Positions 1-12,068 of a stretch of 64,000 nucleotides of DNA are shown here, piece by piece. Source of the DNA: an uncultured Chloroflexia bacterium (GTDB taxonomy: Bacteria > Chloroflexota > Anaerolineae > Anaerolineales > UBA4823). The stretch covers positions 12,447 to 76,446 of the forward strand of contig CAWELB010000001.1 in the NCBI GenBank assembly GCA_963809805.1, read 5' to 3'. The notes beneath the pieces were generated by a model, which ran no database searches, was not told where the DNA came from, and was given only the letters and a program-made list of their open reading frames with translations. A program made the translations under genes and the position numbers. How positions within the stretch are numbered: the stretch's first letter is position 1; each line of letters opens with the position of its first letter.

Positions 1-1144
<1,144 letters not shown>

Positions 1145-1183
1145 TCATGATCCTGCCGCTGTGCCTGCTGCCGGCGGCGGCTG

Positions 1184-2088
1184 GTGGGGAGCTGGTCCGT
1201 GACCGCGCTGGCGGTGTCCCTGGCCCTGCTCGGGGCCGGCCTGGTGGCGACGGCGATTGTCAGGCCGCTCGCCGCGCTGTCGCGGGGGACCGAGCGGATC
1301 GCCAGGGGGGACTTCGACGTCCGCCTGCCCGTGGACCGGCGCGACGAGATCGGCCAGCTCACGGAGTCGTTCAACGCCATGGCCGCAGCGCTGGCGGCCT
1401 ACCGGGACGAGCTCGTGCGCGCCGAGGAGGCCGCGGCGCTGGGGCGGCTGGCCTCGGTGGTCGCCCACGAGGTGCGGAACCCGCTCAATGCCATCCGGGG
1501 CTGCACCGACTACCTGCGCCTGAAGCGCCCGGACGATGACCTGGTCGTGCACCACGCCGAGATCATCGCCTCCGAGGTCGAGACGCTCGACGCGTTCGTG
1601 GGCGACTTCCTGCAGTTCACGAGGCTGCCGCCCCCACGGCTCGACGGCAGTCCGCGTGGCCGAGGTGCTCCGATCTCGGATTGCGCTGCACGAGGCCGAG
1701 GCGCGCGGCCGGGGCGTCCGGATCGAGCTGTCCGTCGATCCAGGGATCCGCGAGGTGAGGGGCGACCCCCAGCAGCTGGCGCGCGTGTTCGAGAATCTCG
1801 CGCGCAACGCCTTCGAGGCGATGCCCGACGGCGGAGTGCTGCGGGTGGCGGCGTCCCAGGCCGGGGACCGGGTGACGATCGCGTTTGCCGACACCGGTCC
1901 CGGCATCCCCGAGGCGGCGGCCGATGCGGTGTTCACGCCGTTCTTCACCACCAAGCCGGCCGGCACCGGTCTCGGTCTGCCCATCTGCCGCCGCATCGTG
2001 GAGCTGCACGGAGGCACGATCAGTGTCGACAGCCGGGCGGGGGAGGGTGCGACGTTTCCGGGTCGTCGCTGCCGGCGACAGGTGGTGA
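1184..2088 (+). CDS. sensor histidine kinase (TM-HAMP-HisKA-HATPase_c), at least 2 frameshifts
   Basis: Contains a TM segment, HAMP (RPLAALSRGTERIARGDFDVRL), H-box SVVAHEVRNPLNAI, N-box FENLARNAFEAM, and G-boxes DTGPGIP / GTGLGLPICRRIVELHGG. The frame changes near 1,640 and 2,060. Confidence 0.8.
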
Positions 2089-2217
2089 ATAGTCACCGGC
2101 CGATGATGCAAAAGTGATCACGCGCCGGACCATCCGGGAGACAGGACCGGTTCGAGCTATGCGACGTAACTCTCGTTTTATGAGTGAGATGCAACAATTC
2201 AAGGGTGGGGACCTTGC

Positions 2218-2233
2218 GGGCATTGCCGTTGCT
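2218..2233 (+). promoter_or_regulatory. candidate sigma-54 (-24/-12) promoter upstream of the PP2C gene
   Basis: GGGCATtgccgTTGCT has GG and GC 12 nt apart, as in the TGGCAC-N5-TTGC consensus. It lies ~37 nt upstream of ATG 2270 in a locally lower-GC spacer, and a sigma-54 activator is encoded just upstream. Confidence 0.3.
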
Positions 2234-2269
2234 GGAAGAGAGTCGGCCACCTTGAGGGACTCGAGGCGC

Positions 2270-3051
2270 ATGACCACAGCCGTCGGCCGCACACACCCGG
2301 GTCGTCGCCGCACCGAGAACGAGGACTGCTACCTCGTCGATGAGGCGTTGCAGCTCTTCGCGATTGCGGATGGGATGGGGGGGCATCGGGCAGGCGAGGT
2401 GGCGTCGAGGATCGGCCTCGACACGGTCGCCGATTTCGTGCGCACCAGCGCCAGCGACAGCGGAATCACGTGGCCGTACGGGCCTGAACGCAGCGCTGTC
2501 ATTCGAGGCCAACCAGCTGCAGAACGCGATTCAGCTGGCGAACCTGAGGATCCTCGCCGCCGCGCAGGAATCACCCGGATCGCGAGGGGATGGGGTCCAC
2601 GCTGGTCGCCGCCTGCGTGCGTGCGAGCCGCCTCGTCTACGCGGGCGTGGGGGACAGCCGTCTGTACCTGTTCCGCCGGGGCTCACTGCGCCAGTTGTCG
2701 ACCGACGACTCGTGGGCCGCGTCGATGACTTCGGTCCGGCGCGCGCCCCGAGGTCGTCAAAGCGCATCCGATGAGGCACCTGCTGACCAGTGCGCTCGGA
2801 ACCGAGGGGCGACTGAAGGTCTCGCTGGGCGCGGACACCTGAACGACGGGGACACGCTCCTGCTGTGCACCGACGGGCTTCACGGGGCGGTCAGTGACGA
2901 CGAGATGGCGACGATTCTGGACGTCGGCGGCAGCTCGCTCGAGCAGGCGGCCGATCGGCTGATCGACGCGGCCAACGACGCCGGCGGCCCCGACAACGTG
3001 ACGGTCGTTCTGGTCCGCCATCGCGGGGAGTCCGCCGGGGAGGAGGCATGA
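2270..3051 (+). CDS. PP2C-family Ser/Thr protein phosphatase, at least 2 frameshifts
   Basis: MTTAVGRTHPGRRRTENEDCY..FAIADGMGGHRAGEVAS; MGSTLVAACV..VYAGVGDSRLYL; GDTLLLCTDGLHG; GGPDNVTVVLV. These PP2C motifs are spread over three frames. Confidence 0.8.
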
Positions 3052-3070
3052 CCGAGGGCGTCCCGCGGCG

Positions 3071-3257
3071 GTGCGCGGACTGATCGGGCGGAGTCCGGCG
3101 GCTGGTCCGCGACCCGCGCGGGCAGGCGATCACCGAGTACGTCGCCCTGGCCGGCGTGCTGGTGATCACGGGCCTGCTGGTGTCCGGCATCCTGGGGCGC
3201 GGCCTGAAGACGTTCGTGCACGGCGCCGTCCTGAACGTGAGGACGATCGCGCCATGA
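3071..3257 (+). CDS. flp: Flp/Fap-type pilin 1 (start uncertain, probable frameshift near 3,085)
   Basis: The frame ending at TGA 3255-3257 reads RRLVRDPRGQAITEYVALAGVLVITGLLVSGILG..., which is the Flp G-x4-EY processing motif plus a hydrophobic helix. It is too short to appear in the ORF track. Confidence 0.6.
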
Positions 3258-3463
3258 GCGGGCAGGAGCCGGGCCGCGGGCACCTCTTCGGTGCCGGCCG
3301 CGGGCGGTCGCGGTCGGAGCGCGGGCAGGCGCTGTCGGAGTACGTGGTCATGATGGGGTTCATCGTGGCGACGGTGATCGCGGCGATGGCGTTGTTCGTG
3401 GCTCCGGTGGCGGGTGCGGTCGTGCGGCTGGCGCGGTGGATCGTGGTGGGTTTCACGAGCTGA
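3254..3463 (+). CDS. flp: Flp/Fap-type pilin 2
   Basis: MSGQEPGRGHLFGAGRGRSRSERGQALSEYVVMMGFIVATVIAAMALFVAPV... The ATG overlaps the stop of the previous pilin (ATGA). Confidence 0.75.
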   Translation: MSGQEPGRGHLFGAGRGRSRSERGQALSEYVVMMGFIVATVIAAMALFVAPVAGAVVRLARWIVVGFTS

Positions 3464-3504
3464 TCGGGAACGCGGGTGGCGATCGACAAACAGGGAGGAC
3501 GACA

Positions 3505-3721
3505 TGCTGAGACTGCTGACGGAGCACAGGTGGCCGGGTGGCGGATCAGGGAGCGGCTGTCGGGTGAGCGCGGGCAGACCACCAGCGAGTACATGGTGAT
3601 CGCCGGCGTGGTCGTGGTGATCCTGCTCGGGGTGTTCGCGATCTTCCGGGACGAGATCGGCACCGCGATGAGCAGCCTGATGGGGAACGTCAACGAGGGC
3701 GTGACCAGCGGGACGCGGTAG
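3505..3721 (+). CDS. flp: Flp/Fap-type pilin 3 (one frameshift near 3,530)
   Basis: MLRLLTEHR then a shifted frame WRIRERLSGERGQTTSEYMVIAGVVVVILLGVFAIF..., ending at 3721. Confidence 0.7.
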
Positions 3722-3736
3722 GCGGGGATCGGGCCG

Positions 3737-4194
3737 ATGAGGCGAGAACCGCGGGCCGTGCAGGCGGCCCAACGTGGGGTGTGTCGTGACGCCTCCGGGC
3801 AGGCCGTGACGGAGACGGTGCTGTCGCTCGCCTTCTTCATGCTTGATCGTGCTCGGGCTCATCCACCTGACCTTCCTGGCCTCGACCAAGCACGTCGTGA
3901 ACTACGCGGCGTTTGCCGGAGCGCGGGCCTCGATGTACAGCGCCGCCGACGCGGCCCGTGCCGGCGGCGGCTCGATGCACCGGCAGGCGGTGGAGGCGGT
4001 GACCGGGATGATGGACTGGGGGCGGCCGCCGCGAGCGGAACCATGGGCAGACGGGTACCGGGTCCAGTACCCGACCCCGTTCGCGCTGCCCCTGTTCAAT
4101 CACGCGGCGGGCAACGTCGTCATCGTGACCGTCGGTGGCGCCGATCGCGCGCCAGCCGGATCTGCCGGAGGAAGGCGACAATGCCGCGCGGTGA
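3737..4194 (+). CDS. TadE-like pilus assembly protein (pseudopilin-like), frameshifted
   Basis: N-terminus GQAVTETVLSLAFFM / LIVLGLIHLTFLASTKHVVNYAAFAGARA is typical of the TadE N-terminal helix. The stop TGA 4192-4194 overlaps the next start (GTGA). Confidence 0.6.
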
Positions 4195-5084
4195 ACGATG
4201 GCCGAGGCTGGCCGGCCGCGGCGGCGCGCGAGGACGGGCAGGCCTTCGTCTTCGTGCTGACGATCCTGTTGGCGCTGCTGCTGCTGGTGGCCACGAGCAT
4301 CAACATCGGCCAGGCGGTCAACCGGCGGATCCTGCTTCAGATGGTGGCCGACGCCGGGGCGTTCACGGGCGCCACGGAGATGGCGCGCGGCATGAACACG
4401 ATCGCCGAGCAGAACGGACGGATCCAGCGCGCGTGGGCGACGATGGTGCAGGCGACCCGCGCCTTCGGCCCTGCCCCCGTGCGGCCCCAGCGACCAGGCG
4501 GTCGCGCGCGTACGGCAGGGCCCGGGAAACCTCGCGCGCGTGATCCGGGCGGTCAATCCGGGTACGGACGGCGGGCGGCTGAGGAGGCGTATGCCGTGAG
4601 CGCGTTCAACGCCGAGGATCTCGTTCCCGGGCGAACAGTTGGCCATGGGCGAGGAACGCCGGGCCTGTCGCGGCAGCGGCCGGCCGGCCGAGTCGTCGAA
4701 CTCGAGCAGGTGCCGGACGGCACCTCGTCGGAGCAGTCGGGGGGCTACCCGGGACGGACGCACGTGACCTGGTCCTGCTCCGCGCTGCGGAGCATCCGGG
4801 TCCGGACCAGTTCCTTCAGCCTCTGGTACCGGGCCGTGCCCGAGTCCATGCCGATCGCGTTCGCCTGGGTGGTGACGGCGCCGGCGCGCCGCGCGCGGCT
4901 CTTCGATTCGTTCTTCGGCCCGTACGCCATTCCGCCGATGAGTGCCGCGGCGGTGGCCAAGCCGATCGGCGGCGAGATCAAGGAGGCCCGCGCGCGGTAC
5001 GTGGCGAAGGTGACGCCGCTGCGGGAGCTCCTGCGAGGGATCGACGACACCGTGCGTGAACGCTGGCGGGAGATCTATCACTGA
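4191..5084 (+). CDS. TadG-like pilus assembly protein
   Basis: GTG 4191; AAAREDGQAFVFVLTILLALLLLVATSINIGQAVNRRILLQMVADAGAFTGA resembles the TadG N-terminal domain. The middle probably contains compensating frameshifts. Confidence 0.5.
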   Translation: MNDGRGWPAAAAREDGQAFVFVLTILLALLLLVATSINIGQAVNRRILLQMVADAGAFTGATEMARGMNTIAEQNGRIQRAWATMVQATRAFGPAPVRPQRPGGRARTAGPGKPRARDPGGQSGYGRRAAEEAYAVSAFNAEDLVPGRTVGHGRGTPGLSRQRPAGRVVELEQVPDGTSSEQSGGYPGRTHVTWSCSALRSIRVRTSSFSLWYRAVPESMPIAFAWVVTAPARRARLFDSFFGPYAIPPMSAAAVAKPIGGEIKEARARYVAKVTPLRELLRGIDDTVRERWREIYH

Positions 5085-5585
5085 TGTCCGGCATGATGCG
5101 CCCCGTCCGGCGTCGCCTTTCCAGCCAGCGCGGTCAGGCCATGACCGAGACCGTGCTGATGACGCTGCCGCTCGTGATGCTGCTGGCCGGCGTGTACCAG
5201 CTCTTCCTGGCCGACGAGTACGTGTTCCGGCTCGCGGCCCGGTCGCACGCACGCCTGTTCACTGAGGCGGCGTTCGTGTCGAATTCGACATCGGCGCGGT
5301 ACGCGTGGCGCTTCGTCGAGTGGAACACCCGCGAGGTCTGGGTGCCGGTGGTCGGGTTCTTCCGGCCGTACGGGCTGTCGAACGACCAGATGCGCATCCG
5401 GAGCGCGCGCGGCGGCGGGCGGATTCAAGCGGACGGCGATCGGGGCGGGCACGGCCCCGTCGGTCGCCGGCGCGGCAGACGCGAACGTCTACCAATGGCT
5501 GGGCAACGCCGACCGGGCGATCGACGAACTCGAAATCGCGTTGTGGCGGTCGAGGCGTTCGCTCAATGAGAGGGTCGAGAGATGA
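5084..5585 (+). CDS. second TadE-like protein, C-terminal frameshift
   Basis: RRLSSQRGQAMTETVLMTLPLVMLLAGVYQLFLADEYVF. The start overlaps the previous stop (TGATG) and the stop overlaps the cpaB ATG (ATGA at 5582-5585). Confidence 0.6.
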
Positions 5586-6448
5586 AAAGCCGCCTTGCTC
5601 TTGTCCTGTCAGTCGGCGCCGGGCCTGTTCGCGCTCGTGGCCGTCGCTGTTGTACCTGAACGTCCGCGAGCGGACGCTGCTCGAGCAGGCGGCGCTGCAG
5701 GATGTGGTCGTGGCCACCCGCGACATCCTGTCCAATACGGTCATCGACGAGCGCAACGTGGCGGCCGCGCGCGTGCCCGCAGAAGTACGTGCAGCCGGGC
5801 GCGCTTACGTCGATGGCCGACGCGGTCGGGCGCGTGGCCGCCGTGCCGATCCCGAGCGGATCGCCAGGTGACGCGGCACCGGCGCTGCAGGAGGGCGGGC
5901 GCGAGGCGCTGGCCTTCCAGGTGCCGCGCGGGATGCGGGCCGTCACGATCGCCGTCAGCGATGTCACCGGCGTCGCGGGCCTGGTGAGGGCGGGCAACTT
6001 CGTCGACCTGGTCGGCATCTTCGAGTACGGCGTGCCGAGCGGGCAGCGAGGGCGGCCAGACCACCTACAGCCAGGAGCGCACCGAGGCCCTCACGCTCGC
6101 GCAGAACGTGCAGGTCGTGGCGGTGGGCGCGCGAGTTCGCGGGCGCCGAGGGCGCCGCGCGCGCCGGCCCGCGCCGGCGGCACCGAGCCGAGGCGGCGGT
6201 GCCGGCGCCCGAGCGAGGTCGAGGTGCAGAGCATGACGCTGCTGGTGTCCCCGCAGCAGGTGCAGGAGGTCGTGCTCGCGCAGCAGGTCGGGACGCTGAC
6301 CGTCAGCCTGCGGTCGAACCTCGATGCGGGCCAGGTCGTCGACCTGCCCCGGCTGGATCCGCTGACGATGCTGAAGGTGCAGACGCCGGTGCCGTTGAAG
6401 ACGCGCCGCAGCCGAGTCTGGCGTGAGATTCGCGGCACGCAGCCGTAA
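5582..6448 (+). CDS. cpaB: Flp pilus assembly protein CpaB/RcpC, frameshifted
   Basis: MKSRLALVLSVGAG.., VVATRDILSNTVIDERNV, MRAVTIAVSDVTGVAGLVRAGNFVDLVGIF, LLVSPQQVQEVVLAQQVGTLTVSLRS. These are characteristic CpaB segments in three frames. Confidence 0.75.
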
Positions 6449-7959
6449 TGGATCGCGTCAGCGAGCGGCGCGGATGGCGAGCAGTGCCATGCGTGCGTCG
6501 GGTGACGTGCTCGCGGCGGCGATCGTCGTCATGCTGGCCGCGCCGTTCCGGCGGCGCAGGCGCAGACGGCTGAGCCGCAGTAGCCGATCGAGCTGCTGAC
6601 CGGCGATCAGAAGACTGCTGCGTCCGGGCTACGCCATCGGCAACATCGCGATCGGCGACCCGAAGGTCTGCGACTTCAAGATGCTGCCGGGTCGCGCGCG
6701 AGGTGATGCTCCTGGCCAAGGGCGAGGGCCACACGCTGCTGACGCTGTGGGATCAGCAAGGAGCCAAGCGCGCCGAGATCGCAGATCGAGGTCACCTCGC
6801 GCGAGTTCGCGAAGCTCAGGACGATCTGATCGAGTTGCTGCGGCCGTATCCGGGCGTCCAGGTCGCGTAGTCTCGGCACGCGGCTGGCGCTGACCGGCAC
6901 GGTCGACACGCAGGCGGAGCCTGCAGGCGGTCAGGGCCCTCGCCAAGGCGGCCGGCAGCAACGTGCAATCGCTGGTGACGTCGCGGGAGGCGGCGCCCGC
7001 GCCGGGCGGCGCGGCACGGACGCCGACGCCGCGATCGGCCGCGCCGGCGGCGACGAGTCCGGCCGTGCGCACGGCGCCGGCATCCACGCCGTCCCCGCGT
7101 CCGATGCGCGCCCGGCACGCCGACGCCGGTGCCGCTGGGGGCGGGTCCGACGAGCGGATCAGCCGTGGCCCAGGCGCCGCCAGCGGCGGCTGCGGCGCCG
7201 GCGGCCCCGGTGACGCCGCCCGGCACGCCTGCGGCCGTGGAGAATCCGCCTCCACCGAACGTGACCGCCGTCGCGCGCCTCCGGCGCCGTCGGCGCGGCC
7301 CGCGCCGGCATCGAGCGTCCCGGCCGGGGCGACCGCCGGCGCCGGCGCGGCGTGCGAGTACGACTCGAGCTGCTTCGAGACGCTCGCGTCCGCGCCTCCG
7401 CCGGAGGTCATGGGGCCCCAGGGGCGGAGTCTGTTCAAGACCCGCGTGTCGGCGGTGTCCGGCGCCTCGGTGCGTCAGTTCATCCCGGCCGAGGGCAGCG
7501 CGACGACACCGCCGCCGCGGGCACGGTGAGCGGCATCAGCATCGGGCTACGGCCGACGCTCGACTCGAGCGGCCGGATCCGGACGACGCTGGTCGTCGAC
7601 ACGAATCTGCCGATCGGCCGTACCGGCGCCGGCAGGGCACGGCCGGGTGGGCCCGGGCGCAGCTCGAGTTCACGGTCGGCGCCGGGGAGACCCGGTACGT
7701 GACGGAACGGGAGATTGGCGCGCTGTTGAAGCCGTATGCGATGGCGGCGGAGGCGCAGCCGCGGCAGCCTGCCACGGGCGGCGCGGGCAGCACGCCGCGC
7801 GGCACGCCGCGGCTGAGCGGCGAGGAGGCGGAGATCGCCCGCACGCTGGGCGCGCTGTTCGCCAGGCGCGGGCGCGCGACCTCGAAGACCGAGCGGACGC
7901 CGCCGGCCGAGCCGGTGCTGCTCGTGGTGATTACGCCGTATCTGGCCTCGGTGCCGTAA
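6448..7959 (+). CDS. cpaC: CpaC/RcpA-like secretin, divergent, with a long Ala/Pro-rich spacer; frameshifted
   Basis: N-terminal pilus-formation/BON-like region (YAIGNIAIGDPKVCDFKMLP, EVMLLAKGEGHTLLTLWDQQG). The C-terminal secretin-like end reads ISIGLRPTLDSSGRIRTTLVVD, QLEFTVGAGETRYV, LGALFARRG...VLLVVITPYL. The TAATG start overlaps the cpaB stop. Confidence 0.55.
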
Positions 7960-7987
7960 CCGGTCTGACCGCGACAGGGACACGAAG

Positions 7988-8746
7988 ATGGCTGTCGGAG
8001 CCAAGACGATCGTCGTCAGCGGCGGCCAGCGGCGGAGCGGCGCCACGACGGTGTGCGCTGAACCTGGCCGCGGCGCTGCCGCAGCACGTCTCGGGCGGGT
8101 GCTGCTGGTCGACGGCCACCATCCCGTGCCGGGGGACGTCGCGGCCGTGGCGGGCGTCGATCGGGCGAAGGCGTCGGCGAGATGGTCCCGCTGCTGTCGA
8201 AGCTGACGCCGGAGCTGTTCGGCAGTTACCTACGGCCGGCCCCGGCAGCTGGCGGTGCTGCCGCTCGTCGGCGACGTCCAGCAGGCGCCGCCACGTCACG
8301 CCCGACGTCGTCAGGCGGGTGTTCGAACTCGCGCGCCGCGTCTTCGCGGCGATCGTCGTGGACGAGGGTGGGCGTCGAGCACCCTTGACGCCGGCGACTC
8401 TCGAGCACGCCGACGTGGTGTGCCTGGTGGCCGAGCCGTCGACGGCGGCCTGCAGCGGGCGCAGGCTCTCGAGTACCTGCCGGACGCCTGCAGATCGGAC
8501 GCGAGGCGGTGGTCGTCTGCCTGAACCGCTGCGTGCCGCGCGGCCCGATCACGCCCGACATGGCGCAGACCATGCTCCAGGCCGCGGTCTCCGCGGCGCG
8601 TCCCGGAGGACCCGGCGGCGCAGCAGGACGCGGCGGCCCGCAAGCAGCCGATCGTCTCCTGGCCAACCCGCGGCACGCCGGCGGCGCGCGAAATCGATCG
8701 GCTGGCGCGCGAGATCGCCGCCCGCGGCCTGCGGGTCGCGCAGGTC
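7988..8746 (+). CDS. cpaE: CpaE/TadZ-like ParA/MinD-family ATPase, heavily frameshifted
   Basis: [18 protein letters not shown] (deviant Walker A context), [42 protein letters not shown]. Its position between the secretin and cpaF fits. Confidence 0.55.
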
Positions 8747-10085
8747 GTGTCGCGCGTTCGGCCGCGGACGCGCAGGCGGCCGCGGCCGAGCAGTTCCGCG
8801 AGGCCAAGCTGCGCGTGCACCGGCGGCTGGTCGCGGAGATCGACCTGCGCAAGGGCGAGATCGACTACATGCGCGATCCGGTCAAGCTGGCGGAGCTCCG
8901 GCGCCGCGCCGAGGCCAAGGTGGCCGCGCTGGTCGAGGAGGAGGCCGACGGACGATCACCTCGCGGGACGCGCGCCGCGCCTGATCAAGGAGGTGCTCGA
9001 CGAGGCGCTCGGCCTCGGCCCGCTCGAGGACCTGCTGGCCGACCCGACGGTCAGCGAGATCATGGTCAACGGCCCGACCAGGATCTACGTCGAGCGCAAG
9101 GGCAAGCTCGAGCTGACGACGGCGCAGTTCCTCAGCAACGAGCAGCTGCGCGGCGTCATCGAGCGCATCGTCGCGCCGCATCGGCCGGCGCGATCGACGA
9201 GAAGGTGCCGATGGTGGACGCGCGGCTGGCCGACGGGTCGCGCGTCAACGCCATCATCCCGCCGCTCGCGCTCGACGGGCCCGGCGCTGACGATCCGGAA
9301 GTTCTCGAAGGCGTTCCTGACCGTCGACGACCTGGTGCGGTTCGGGTCGCTGACCCAGCAGATGGCCGACGTTCCTCGGCGCGGCGGTGCGGGCCGCGGC
9401 AGAACATCGTCATCTCCGGCGGCACCGGGTCGGGCAAGACGACGCTGCTGAACATGCTGTCGTCGCTTCATCCCGGCCGACGAGCGCATCGTCACGATCG
9501 AGGACTCGGCCGAGCTGCAGCTGCCGCAGGAGCACGTGGTCCGGCTCGAGTCGCGGCCGCCGAACATCGAGGGCAAGGGCGCGATCACGATCCGCGACCT
9601 GGTGCGCAACGCGCTGCGCATGCGGCCCGACCGCATCGTGGTCGGCGAGTGCCGCGGCGGCGAGGCGCTCGACATGCTGCAGGCGATGAACACCGGCCAC
9701 GACGGCAGCCTGACGACCGTGCACGCCAACACGCCGCGCGACGCGCTGTCGCGCCTCGAGACGATGAGCCTGATGGCGGGCCTGGACCTGCCCGTCGCGC
9801 GCCATCCGCGACCAGATCGCGTCGGCCGTGAACCTCATCGTCCAGCAGGCGCGGCTGCCGGACGGGTCGCGGCGGGTCACGCACATCTCCGAGGTGCGCG
9901 GGCCTGGAGGACGGCGCGTTCACGGTCGCCGACATCTTCGTGTTCAAGCAGACCGGCATGACGCCCGAGGGCAAGGTCGCTCGGGCAGTTCGTGCCGACC
10001 GGGCACGTGCCGCGGTTCGTCGAACCCTGTCGCGCGGCGCGGCATCACGCTGCCGCGCGAGATCTTCCTCCACCAGACGGCGTGA
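8747..10085 (+). CDS. cpaF: CpaF/TadA secretion ATPase, several frameshifts
   Basis: [81 protein letters not shown] (Walker A), [29 protein letters not shown]. Confidence 0.85.
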
Positions 10086-10087
10086 CC

Positions 10088-10957
10088 ATGATGCTGCTGA
10101 TGAAGCGGTTCGTGCTGCGATGGTCTTCGGCGGCGGCGGTCCTGGCGTCACGCTCGGCCTCCTGGCGCGCTCGTGCCCGTGGTGGAACCGGCGCATCGAG
10201 CGGTACGTGGCGTGGATCGTGGGCGAGCACGACGCGCGATGTTCCGGCCGATGGACCGCGCCTCGCGCCCAGGCGGATCGTCGCGGCGTCGATCTTCGGG
10301 CCGGCGTGTCGGCCGGGTTCCTCTGGGCGGGCCGTTCCCGGCGGTGCTCGCTCGGCGTCGCGGGCGCGGCGGCGCCGTACGTCTGGGTGCGCTACCGCAG
10401 TGCGCACAGCGGCTGCAGACGCTCGACAATCAGCTGGTCGACGCGCTCGATCCTGATGGCCAACGGGCTGAAGGCGGGCCTGAGCCTGCATGCAGGCCAT
10501 CGAGCTGGCCGCCAGGAGATGCAAGCCGCCCATCGCCGACGAGTTCGGCAGGCTCGCTGAAGGAGATCCAGCTCGGCCGGCGATCGACGACGCGCTCGTC
10601 GGCATGTCGGAACGGCTGCCGCTGCCGGACCTGGAGATCGCCGTCCACTCGATCGTGACGCTGCGCGAGACGGGCGGCAATCTGAGCGAGACGTTCATGA
10701 CGGTCGCGCAACACCATCGTCGAGCGCAAGAAGGTCGAGGGCAAGATCGCGGCGCTGACCGCGCAGGGCGTGTACCAGGGTGTCGGCGATGTGCGCGATG
10801 CCGTTCGTCCTCGGCGCCGTGTTCTACGTGATGGACCCGACGTACATGCCACCGATGTTCACGACGGCGCTCGGCTGGATGATCTGGATCGGTGGTCATC
10901 ATCCTCGATGCGCTCGGCATGTGGATGATCCTGAAGATCGTCGAAGATCGATGTCTG
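10088..10957 (+). CDS. tadB: TadB-type inner-membrane platform protein, frameshifted
   Basis: LQTLDNQLVDAL, MANGLKAGLSL, QAIELAARRCKPPIADEFGRLA, EIQLGRPIDDALVGMSERLPLPDLEIAV, LRETGGNLSETF, and a C-terminal TM MPFVLGAVFYVM. These are GspF-like T2SSF domain motifs. Confidence 0.7.
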
Positions 10958-11159
10958 AGGCGCGCAGACGCGCGCGTGCGGCGGACGCCGCCGGGCAGTC
11001 GACCGCCGGAGTACGTCGTGCTGATCGGGCGTGACCACGTCGATCGCGATGATCGTGTTCAACATGCTGGGGGCTCGATGCGCGAGGCGCTCGAGAGCGT
11101 GGCGCAGCGCGATCCTGAGCGTCGGTGACGGGCACGCCATAGGAGGCGGAGGCCGCGCG

Positions 11160-12068
11160 ATGATCGTGCTGTACCTCCTGTGCGCTGCTGTCGGCGTTCG
11201 TGGCGGCGGCCGGGCTCGTCGTATGCGGCGTTTCCCGTCCCAGTCGCAGGTGTACGAGCTGCGCAGCGCGGACCGAGGGCCAGGGCGGAGGCGGCCACGA
11301 TCCAGTCGCCGCTGTTCAAGCTGCTGTGGCCCCTGCTCGCCGCGCTGGTGCCGTTCATCGCGGCGGCTCGGCTCGCCGGCGTACCGCGAGGCGAAGGCGC
11401 TGGGAACTGCCGCTCGCCGGCCTGCCGCGCGTCATGACGGTGGACCACCTCCTGGCCTTGAAGGTGTGCATGGCCGTGTGGCATGCCGCTGCTGCGGCGC
11501 CTGGGTCCTCGAGTCTGCGGAACCCGATCGCTGGTCATCGGCCTGGGCGTCGTCGGATACCTGCTGCCCGATCGGATGGTGACCGAGCAGCGGCAGGCGC
11601 GCGAGCAGAAGCGTGCTGCGTGCGCTGCCGTCGGCCGTCGACATGCTGACGCTGGCCGTCGAGGCCGGGATGGACTTCCTGTCGGCGCTCGCAGCGCGTG
11701 GTCGACAAGGGCGGCGCAGGGCCCGCTGCGCGAGGAGATCACGACGATCGTCAACGACATCCGGCTCGGCGAGAGCCGGGCGGGCGCGTTGAAGAGCGTT
11801 CGCGCGCCGCATCAACGTGCCGGAGGTGGTGTCGTTCGTCGGGCGTGCTGGTCCAGGCCGAACGCTCGGCGCGCTCGATCGGCGACGGTGCTGCGGTCGC
11901 AGGCCGACCGCATGCGGACCGAGCGCTTCCAGCGGGCGGAGAAGGAGGGCGCCACGGCGTCGCAGAAGCTGCTGCTGCCGCTGGCGGTCTTCATCTTTCC
12001 GGCCGTGCTGATCGTGCTCGTCGGCCCGGTGGTCCTGTCGTTCATCTACGGTGGAATCGCCGTTCTGA
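11160..12068 (+). CDS. tadC: TadC-type inner-membrane platform protein, frameshifted
   Basis: AGGAGG RBS then ATG 11160; LPSAVDMLTLAVEAGMDF, LREEITTIVNDIRLGESRAGALKS, QADRMRTERFQRAEKEGATASQKLLLPLAVFIFPAVLIVLVGP. Confidence 0.7.
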
